Positions 54,165 to 64,000 of a DNA stretch of 64,000 nt are shown one piece after another. Position 1 is the first letter of the stretch. Each line of letters begins with the position of its first letter. Below the pieces are notes generated by a model that had not been told where the DNA came from, made no database searches, and saw only the letters and a list, made by a program, of their open reading frames with translations. Source of the stretch: Utricularia gibba (Eukaryota; Plantae; Magnoliophyta); the NCBI GenBank assembly GCA_002189035.1, contig NEEC01000015.1, positions 2,356,001-2,420,000 on the forward strand, read 5' to 3'. A program made the translations under genes and the position numbers.

Positions 54165-55267
54165 TGTGTTCACAATGACGATTTTGTGTCTCTCTTCATC
54201 TCTACCCACCTAATTAGGAAGCAGGCAATGCGATTTTAAGACTTCTTGTTTTGAACAGTTCTGGTTGCAAGTTCCTAAACGTTATTTAGTGTCTTTTTTC
54301 CCTCATATACCTGGTTCAAAGTTGTGCATAAAAATCAAAGACTGATGAAATACAACTTCAAAACATTGAAAAAATTTTGTTTCCCCCATCAAATTCTAAT
54401 TTTTATCTCCAGTTTCTACTCAATTCCTACATCTACTCTTCTAGCCGGTCGCCCGACCGCTTCCCGTCGTGGGCGCGGCGCCCATTCGCCTGTGGATTGC
54501 TCCTGGGTACAGTGACCTCCCTTGCCACTTGCCTCGCTAGCCGTCCACGTCCAATCGCCCGCGCCTGTGCCTACATCTGCATTAGAAATTGATTACTTAC
54601 AATCAATTTCTCTTTAATGGAATGGGTTGGGCGGTGTGGGCCGGATTGCGTGCAGGGTTGAGTTGCAGAATTGACTGTGGGCTGGGCACTGTGGGTTGAC
54701 AGTGGTGAACGAGGCAACTGTGCGTCGTGGGAAGGACGCAGCCACGGTCACATGGAACGGGAGAGGCGACGATCGATGAGGGCTGCACGACGGCGGCGAT
54801 AGAAACACGGGGGAGGTGGACGATGGCGGGTGAGTAGTGAAATGGGGAGAGATTTAGGGTTTTGAGAATTAGGGCTTGATTAGTGAGATCAACGTGATTT
54901 TACCTGTGATGGTTAATTATATTTAATTTTTAAATAATGAGGGGGAAGAATAATTTTGATAAAAACGGAAATAATGAGAACATTATATATTATATAATTT
55001 TCCCATTACAATTTTTGGTTCTTGCCACGTCAGCCGAATTCTCCAGCCTCGCTGGGCCCCGTTCCCATTTCTCTGACAGGTCACAAGATCCATTCTTTTG
55101 TGGAAATCCAATTATTACCTCCGTAACAGTAATTCCTTCTTTTTTTTACTGCGGTAAATGCTGCCCCATTTCCAAAGGGCCCATCGGTGTGAAGTTGCAT
55201 ACCTCATTCTCTGCCATGAATTGTCTATTTTGCCTTCTGTTTCCCTCCACCCCCAGAAAGTCACGGG

Positions 55268-56603
55268 TTAACCCGCCTTCTGCATCCATGGCCCCTGAGT
55301 ACGGAGGAGAACTCCACTAAGTAACGGTGAACTGTTCATGTGGAAGAAAGGGTCGCTGCTTCTGGATGATCCCATTTGGGATGCCTTTTGCAGCAACGCG
55401 GTGGCGGACATCTGCGGCAGCGGCGGCGGGTATGTTTCAGACGGGTGGCTGCTGTAGTAGAGTGAAGGAGATATTGTGTCCGAAAAGTTCCCGCCTTTGA
55501 CACTTTCTTCTTTCAACATTCTGGGAATGGAGGAACAAGCCGCCATGTTCATATGACCGCCGCCGCCGAACTGGGTCATCTCCGGTCCACCAGAAAACCA
55601 CGGACTCTGCGATCCCATTTGAAAAATTTCGGGTAAAGAGGAGCCTTGTGAGAGGAAGCTGATGTTGGGAGCACCAATGTTGTCTAGCCAAATTGGAATC
55701 CTCCCTTTCTCCAAATCCATATTCAGCTGATTACCCGTTTCTAGTCCCCGATATCTTGCCGGAATATCCCCGGAAACTGTTGATTTCCCAGATTCGCCGG
55801 CGGAACCCGAGCTGTTTCCTCCGCCAGTGTATCGCAGAATGCTCTATGCGTGATGAAGCTATCCTTCCTAATTCAACCATAAACAAATCATATATATATG
55901 TCACACTTAGTATCGCATTTATTGCTTCAGACAACACGATCATGGTCACAATAAATGCATAGAACCCCACTTGGAGAATCTCAGTCGAGTTTACCTGGAG
56001 AAGAGAGTGCCGCAGTCGCACTTATACTCCCTGGTGCCACAGATCTTGGAATGGGCTTTCCAATCAGATTGAACGGCGTATTTCTTGGAGCACTTATCAC
56101 ATTTCCATTTCTTCTCGCCGTGTTTCCGGCTGAAATGCTTCTTGATTCCGGTCAAATCTCCGAGCGCCCGAGACGGATCGTGGTGCACGCACGTTTTCTC
56201 CGGGCAGATGTACACCTTCTTCTTCACTTGCTCCTTGTTGCTTCTCTGTTTAAGCTTCCACGGCAGATTGTGTCCGCGTCGGTGGAGTTGCAGATTCTGG
56301 TCGCGCTGGAAACCTTTGTTGCAGATCTCACAGACAAATCTGTTCGTCGCCATCAACGACCGCGGCGACAGCGCCACCACCTCAGCCTCCGGATCTGCAC
56401 AGCAGTAAACTCAGAAAATCTTCCAAAATCCAGAGAGATAGTACTCCAAGAAAAAACTAAAAACCTGGATGTCCGGGGAGACTCCTCTTGCGTTTTAGGG
56501 GATTGGGGTTGGGGTTGGGGTTGGGGTTGGGGCGAGGTTCTTGAGTTGCTGCTCCGATGGAGGCCACTGAGTGAAGGAGATGAATCTTATCATTTGACAA
56601 CAT
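55268..56603 (-). CDS. INDETERMINATE DOMAIN (IDD/BIRD) C2H2 zinc-finger transcription factor; one apparent frameshift
   Basis: LKRKRSLPGHP|DPEAEVVALSP..FVCEICNKGFQRDQNLQLHRRGH...CDCGTLFSR|KDSFITHRAFC, and C-terminal MSATALLQKASQMG. +1 G at 55746-55749 joins the ZF exon to the MSATALL region. Confidence 0.9.
56503..56532 (+). repeat. (TTGGGG)5 perfect repeat encoding PNPNPNPNPN on the minus strand
   Basis: Five consecutive TTGGGG units in IDD exon 1. Confidence 0.9.
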
Positions 56604-58757
56604 TGTTTTTTTTGGAGAAAGGGATGGATTAAAGGGAAGCAGCAAAAGGGTGAAAGAGGCAAGCAGAAAATTTAGCTGAAACTAGAAAGGACTCTCTTGT
56701 AGGGGATTCGCAGGAGATCAGAAAGAGTGGAGAAGCGAAGCAGCAGATGCTTGATTGCTCATAGCTGCATGCTTATGTTTGGCTATGAAGTTAAAAAAAA
56801 AAAAAAGAAGGTTTTTTATTGATAGGTGGATTCGATGAAGAAGAAAAACCTAGCTCTGCAGAGAGTCTGTACTGAGCAGAATAGAATATACAATTCCATA
56901 CCTTTCTCTCTCTCCTCATCCCAGAGAAGACATGGCTGGTCTGTGTGCTGTTTACTCTCAAAAGGTCGTCAGCAATAGACTCAGGTCCCAGAGTGGACCA
57001 CTCATTACCCTCATCCTATCGCACACTCCACCCTACACATCTCATTGTACAGTGTTGCTGATGAATTGGCATCTCACATGCAAAACCCAAAAATGTAGTT
57101 CTGACTTCTAAATTTCAGACAGTAATCTGAAGCAAGCACACACTCCATGGATCCTTTCTCAATGGATGATTCCTTACATTCACATACCAGCTGTTGGCAA
57201 ATAGTCAATGGTAATAGTAACTAATGAAAACTTCCCTGAGGGAAACGGGGTTCTAAGTGATGAAAATCGCAGTAACCCCAATGAATTCCCCGTTGAAAGT
57301 TTCCATCTTTCTGCACACCAACAAGCTTCCTAAGAGCCGAGCCTCATACAACACACCCTTGTTTCTTGGCTTTTGGTGGAAGCAGCTCGCAGCCCATCTT
57401 CATGGGACATTGGAGCACAACGACACACGCTCAGACGAGTTCCAACACACTGTTCCTGGATCACATGCCGTTCCCTATCTGCATTTCCTGTGTGCCAACA
57501 TTATTGGCACGTTCATGTTTCAACTTCTGACGTGATGTAAACAGGAGTTGAGTATTTTGGTAGGTGTAAAGGATTCTTATAGTCTTTCCAATGCTCCCTC
57601 CTTGTTACGCTTCTGTCTGAAACCTGAAACCCAATTCATCACAACTCTTCTTGAAGCAGAAGGTTCGGCATTTTCATGTTATTCAGCCGTGTGTTTCAGA
57701 CTCTGATGAACCATGTGTTGCAAGCCCTGGAGCTCATGGAAATAATCATACAATTTCAATAAAAAAAAAAGAAAGGGTGAGATTTTAAATCAAATCACGT
57801 GAAAGCAGAAATGGGTTGAATGAATGGAAGGGGAAAAAAGAAGAGAAAAAGGGTTTTTACCTCGAAAGTATACGCCGGAATGATTAGGCCATTATTGCCT
57901 TTTAGAACAAGTACCATTTCCTTTTGTACCCCCAAATATAATTTGAGTTTATTATGATTTTTTTAAATAATTTCTTTCAATTTTTCATGTAGTTAATATT
58001 AATTATTATTGTATATACACAATTAATATGTGTATTAAACCAAGATTTATAATCATATATGTTTTGATAAAAATAATGATGAAGTTTTCTTGAAATTCCG
58101 TATTTCGGTCTAAATCTGGAATTCACGTTTTTTTGAATTAAAAAAATTCAAGAATTTTTATAAAATTTTAAAAAAATTGCTTGAATATCTCAAATTATAA
58201 TTATATTTGATGGTTAATATAGTTAAATATAATTATAAAATAGGATCACGTAAAAATGTATTTGATATAACATTTTAGTATTCTATTTATCAAATTATAT
58301 TAATAATAAAATACTTTTTATTATAAGTTTAAAATTATCTAATAAAAATGGTTCTTTTATAAATAAAATCTTAATCTTGCTTCAAATGAAGTCAATATTT
58401 GATCTTTTTTTCAACTGTATTTATTTAATATCTCTCAACTTAAATAAATAAAAATAGCAAAAGTTGGCCTGCTGCTCCAAGAATTTTCAAAATGCACCTT
58501 CCCCATTTTTTTAAACCTCATCATTCAGACATCTTGTCTACAGTGACATCTATGAATGATGCCACACATTGAAAACCTTTTTGTTTTGGTTAGAGTTATT
58601 TATTAATATATTCGTTATAATTTAATTTAATTAAAATATAAAAATTACTTATTATCAGTACTAATTATTTTGAAATTAAAAGCGACCAGTTCAATTTGCA
58701 CGTGCTTCAGTTGGGCAGCAGAAGCCCGGTCCGAGTTGAGGAGAGCCTCTGCCTCCG

Positions 58758-61510
58758 CTAGACCGCTCTGAAGAGCTCTCGTCCGATTATCATTCTTCGG
58801 ATTTCGCTCGTTCCGGCGCCGATTTCGTAGAGTTTCGCGTCGCGAAGAAGACGACCCGTCGGGTATTCGTTCACGTAGCCGTTGCCACCGAGACACTGAA
58901 TGGCCTGAAACACAAGATGTAGTTGTTTATCTGCATTCGGCACTGTATTGAGGTTCTTGTGCACATACCTGAAGGGCAACTTGGGTAGCTCTCTCTGCTG
59001 CTAAAAGTATGGAACCCGCACAATCCTGAATGGAGAGGAAGTGGACCGGTGTTGTTATGCTAGAACCGAAAGTGGGAAAAAAGAAGAGGGGAAGCGGGTA
59101 TGCTCTCACTTTGGGGCTGATGTTTCCGTTGTCACAGTCGCGTGCGACGGAGTAAACATATGACCTGAAAACAAGCAGCAAGATGGGGGCTCAGGGCGAA
59201 GCATAGAGTAGTTCAAGCAAGAGGTTGGTGTGTCTCTAAGACCTTGAAGACTGCAATGAAGTGTACATGTCAGCAACCTTCCCCTGCATTCAGAGCGAGA
59301 AAAGTGAAGGTTCAGCAGCAGATGGGGCGTGGGGGTGATGAATGATACGCATGCATTGAGTTGTTTGAGCTAACCTGAATAAACTGAAATTCACCGATTG
59401 GTTTTCCGAATTGCTCTCGTTGTTTGATGTACGGGAGAACAACGTCGAGAGATGCCTGCATGATTCCGAGAGGGCCTGCTGCCAGCACCAGCCTCTCTAG
59501 ATCCAATCCCGACATCATAACATAAGTTCCTGGTGCGAGTTTGGGTTTATCAGAAACTTCTTCCCAGTTAAAGACAACACCGGTTCTTCAATCTATAGCA
59601 GCCATTTACCTTTTCCTTCCTCGCCAAGAACATTTTCTGTGGGAACGAAGCAGTTCTCAAACACGAGCTCGCAACTGCAATTGTCCACTGACCATGATCA
59701 GGAGGATGTTCAAGTATGAAAAAGATGCCAAGTTTGGGAAGCTTACGTATCACTTCCACGCATGCCAAGTTTGTCCAGTTTCTGGGCTGTACTGAATCTG
59801 GATAGATGAAAATGGGAAACAATCTATTAGTCTGAAAGGAAGATGAACGCTTGATTAATGTATTGGTTCGTACCCAGGCATGCTCTTTTCTATTATGAAT
59901 GCAGTTATTCCTTTTGAGTGAGCTGCCATGTCTGTTTTGGCATAGACAACCTGATCCAGTAGGATAATCAATAGGGGATGCTTTCCCAAGAGCAGATGGC
60001 GAATCTAAGATGTCATTACCAGTGTTTCAGCCACAGGGCCATTTGTGCACCACATTTTGTTTCCATTCAAGATGTAACCTCCCTCAGTACGGTCAGCTTT
60101 GCATTTCATACTGATCACATCCGAGCCAGCTAACCAGCAAAAACATACATTAATAAAAATGGCAAAAGGTCCCTTTTTGCTCGAAGAACCACATTACCAT
60201 TAGGCTCACTCATTGCAAGAGCTCCAACATGCTCTCCGCTTATCAGCTTTGACAGATAAAAATGAAACTAAGTCACCTACTGTCCCAAAAAAAACTGCAT
60301 AAATTGGACAAAGCAGCAAAAACCATTTTCATGCAACAATATGGAGTACCTTGGGCAAGTACTTCCGTTTTTGAGCATCATTTCCATTCCGAACCTTTAA
60401 AACACATGAAATAAAGCACGAGGGAGTAGAAAACCCAGCTAAGAAGCATATCAGCTTTGAATTATAGTCAATACCAATTGATTGATGCAGAGGTTGGAGT
60501 GGGCACCGTATGAAAGACCAACTGACCCCGAAGCACGGCTAATTTCTTCCATGGCAATACAGTGATATAGATAGCCAAGCCCAAGTCCTCCATACTCTTC
60601 TGTTGGTTTTGAACGGAATGCAGCATAAATAGTGTAGATTAAAACATGAAATGCTCATACCAGGACAGATTCTGAAAAGGAAGGGAGTGCAAAGATCAAG
60701 ACATGAAATGCTCATACCAGGAGCCGTAATTCCATGAAGATTGAAATCCCCCATCAACTTCCACAAATTAACTTCCTGATAAGAAACAGATAGCCTATTC
60801 AATATAAACTTGGTAACTATCCAGAATGCAGAAAAAGGAAAAGATAAATAAAGACCTCCGGAAAATAATTCGACTGGTCAATTTTCGCAGCATGAGGTGC
60901 AATGTTTTCTTGAGCAAACTGAGAGACGCTTTCCTTGAACTGTGAGGAAGAGAAGCAAAAAGTTTCTCAAGCAATGGAACATAACAGAACCAGAAGAATG
61001 AGCTTAGAACGCCAGTTCAATGTTCTTTTTGTCACTGGGAACACACCCACTTCTTAAATGATACCTTTTGCCCTTATCTTATGTTTATACATCTCAACTA
61101 GATCAAAGTTGGTATCTTGATAGCCGCACTACATTTACTCCTTCGGCTATTTGTGTCAAATGTAAGATAGATTGCACTTAACTAAAGAACAGCATACAGA
61201 GATAGAATCAGCCCTACCTTTCGGTGCATTGAGAAATAGCAAACTCCGTAAATAAGGAATGCGCGTTGGAAAAAAAAAAAAACAGTAACTACAATGTAAG
61301 AAAGCCATTCTCCATTCAAGAACACGGGCAAGGTAGAAGCTTTACGTTGCATTATTGCGCCGAAAAAAAAAAAGAAATTACCTGTTTCTGGGTATCATCG
61401 AAGAGAAGGGACGTGGAGAAAAAAGCGCCAAAAAAGGCGTTCACGTTTGCCTTCTTGTTCACAGAACGCCCAAGAGACCTCCTCAATGCAATTGCAAGCA
61501 GGCTGTGCAT
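58758..61510 (-). CDS. IVD: Mitochondrial isovaleryl-CoA dehydrogenase
   Basis: Basic/hydroxylated transit peptide, then [10 protein letters not shown]|[94 protein letters not shown]. All exons join in frame. Confidence 0.95.
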
Positions 61511-62362
61511 CGTTCCTCGCTTCAATTCTTGGTCTCTTCTTCCGGGTCCTTCGTGCTCCTCGGGAAACTTTTGGTTCTAATATAATTCAATCGAAGAATG
61601 AGTATGGAGCAGAGAATCACCAACGTCGGCAGATGTCCCCGTCTCATTCCACGAAACACTTCCTAATCTGTTTTACCAGTGAGCGAAATGGATAACAACA
61701 ACACCGCACCAGATTTTTCCGACAACAACGTTGCAAAATACTACATTGATATTTTTTTTCGCGCTTTTTCATTTTCGCATTCTGATTTTCTACTTGAATA
61801 CCGTGGTAATTTTTCCCTCGGGAAATTTGGATGAAGAGAGCCGAACCAGTGGTAGCTGCAATTGCTGAGCGTATCAATCACTATCAGAGCTTCTTCTTTA
61901 CAACGAGTACACATCATTTGACATCTAAAACCTGAATCAAATGTTCTAGAGTACGCAAAACTGAAGAACCAACCCATAACTTGAGAAAAGGAGGCCACAG
62001 AGCTGGTATAAATCATATATATATATATGGAGAATGCCATGCAGTTCATCCTCTTATCCAAAAGATGTACAGAAAGAGGAGATGGCGGCTAGCTTCTTAT
62101 GCCACACCACTTTTCACTAGAGTTCACTGGGCAGCCCTGACTCATGTGGTAGGACAGATAAAGAATTTAAGATGATGAACCTGGCTGTGGCTGTAGACAA
62201 TTGGAAGGAGGGGGGGAAGGAAGGTTTGATCACTTCTCCTAGTGTGTGTCACCGACACAGAATATAGGCTTCTCAGGCGGCTGCTCCCCATGAGATCGAT
62301 CTTGCACCAGGCCTGAGGAGCTTGTAATGGAATGTATAAACTCAAGTGAAATTTTCCAATTG

Positions 62363-64000
62363 TTACCCAGAGTCTGAATCGATAGAGAGATATAACCTCG
62401 GTCTAACAGAGCGTCGTTGTCGAGGGAACAAAAAAGGGCTCTCAGATCTTTCTTTCCGGCCGTCAACAAGCCCTGGCAGACCACTTGCTGCATCGCTTCC
62501 AAACAATAATGATCCTGAAAAGCGTATGAGTGGTTATGCAAACATTGTCATCACGATACATGCTCCCTCCATCGCAAGGACACTTCATTGATGTTACTAA
62601 CCCTAAGCGATGACTAAAAATACGGAAAAATAACAACACAAGGAGAAAAGGGATGAAGGAAACAGTATACCACTATCAGAGACAGGGTCTAAGGGAGCAG
62701 TTCCAGATTGTTGCTGTGGTGCAAAAACAGACGTACCCCTGGCCGCATATTCATTTTGACTGACCCCGGCACCATCCCCAAGTCTCAGAGAAATCCAGTC
62801 CTCATTCCCGATACCATTTGGAACATCTGAATGGTTTCTTAGGTCAGGGTGTGAAGTCAATGCATCTGATGGTCTTGTGGGAAGGAATATTTGCAGTGAA
62901 GGGTCATCGTTGTGATAAGCCAAAGGATTATCGACCAAGCTGTCATCTACATCAGCTTTATAAGCTGAATCAGGGATACGTGCTGATCCCATCTCCGGTT
63001 CCTGAGTCAAGGCAAACCCATTGGCTGATGGACCGCAGTGAAGATTACTATGCTGCATTTCCAGTAGAGTGTCCGGAACATCTAATTCAGAACCAAACAA
63101 TTGAAGGCCTGGACCTCCCTGACTGGTAGAGGGCATTGACCACACATTAATTGAAAAGTCTTCATCATGTGCACCATAAAGATCAAAACCTCTATCTGTA
63201 GCAGTCTCACTATAAAAAGAATCAGGAATTCCATGGTTTTGAGCTTCTGAGAATGGTAATCCCCCTTTATCTGATCTCGTCTCTGAAACTGTGATCATGT
63301 GACCAGCCCCAGTGGACTGCAGTGGATCCATATCATCCTCAGAATCACTGAGGACAATTATGTCAGCGCCCATGTTCCCACCTGCAGCAGGCATTAACCT
63401 ATTGCCAAATCTCAGTGCCGAGGGATCAATAGATTCATATTCAGGATCCTGGTTAACACTAACATCTTCATAGTCTCTGCCATTAAGAGCAGCACTGCTA
63501 CTCATGGGGATAATATTTTGTATATTGCATTCAAAGTTGTCGTCGTAGGCATTTGAAATACTCTGCATAGCATCACCGAACTCCAAGAAACCATTCTGAT
63601 TATTTTTGAAATCCACTCGAAGGGCAGGGTAATCATCAGGAACAACTTCCTCCTTGATTGGTCTATGTTCCAGTTGTGAACTTGTACTTACAGCTGTTAT
63701 TGGAACAATCCTACCATCTGGAAAGTGCCAGAGGCCCAGCTCTCCAAGACTCTTGCGATCACTGCCCTCAGCCTTAGCCCGCCAGGATCCATCGGGCTTG
63801 ACCTCAATCTCTGCGATATCTTCAGCACAAGATCGCATCTTGATAGAAAGCACAAGAATCATTACATTCAAGGGACAAGCAGACCCCCAAAAAAACCTGA
63901 ATAAAAGAGAAAAGTACCTTTGATGTGATCCTGTTGAAATATGGATCTATTATAATTTTTTCCAGGCTATAATTCTTCAGACAAATCGGGCACTGCCACT
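62363..64000 (-). CDS. SIZ1: SUMO E3 ligase SIZ1, 3' part (end of SP-RING to C-terminus); gene continues off the right edge
   Basis: [28 protein letters not shown]|[23 protein letters not shown]-like [20 protein letters not shown], and last exon [24 protein letters not shown] (TAA 62363-62365). Confidence 0.9.

Noticed and set aside
55955-56632. 225-aa plus-strand ORF, and similar antisense ORFs such as 37858-38388
   Set aside because: Shadows of the IDD and S40 coding strands, with no family motifs.
57886-58471. AT-rich stretch with faint inverted ends (AGGCCA...TTGC)
   Set aside because: Match too degenerate and no target-site duplication.

Overview
Gene-dense flowering-plant (eudicot, probably asterid) nuclear DNA. 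I can support 18 protein-coding genes in 64 kb, mostly with short introns of about 63-150 nt, which is typical of a very compact genome. In order: EFTUD2/Snu114 (5' part only), BLH8/PNF-like BEL1 homeobox, RING-VWA ligase, exosome RRP41L/MTR3, GATA factor, VPS3/TGFBRAP1, ARF10/16-type ARF (with miR160 site), UBL5/HUB1, REVOLUTA (with miR165/166 site), S40/DUF584, RPL12, RPF1 (Brix), RUVBL1, GRIK/SnAK kinase, NOP58, IDD zinc finger, IVD and SIZ1 (3' part only). One clear Mutator-like non-autonomous element is present (about 230-bp TIRs, 10-bp TSD, GC-rich core). Ten apparent single-base deletions in short base runs break six conserved genes and are most likely assembly consensus errors. The best leads for new biology are: a UBL5 stop codon apparently split by an intron with further downstream splice sites; two orphan promoter-plus-splice-site units (divergent from VPS3, and upstream of REV); a Pack-MULE candidate; a GC-skewed fold-back between NOP58 and IDD; and a duplicated in-frame 5' splice site in IVD. 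I found no tRNA, rRNA, snRNA, CRISPR array or autonomous transposase. All calls come from reading the sequence and recalling family motifs; no database search was run.
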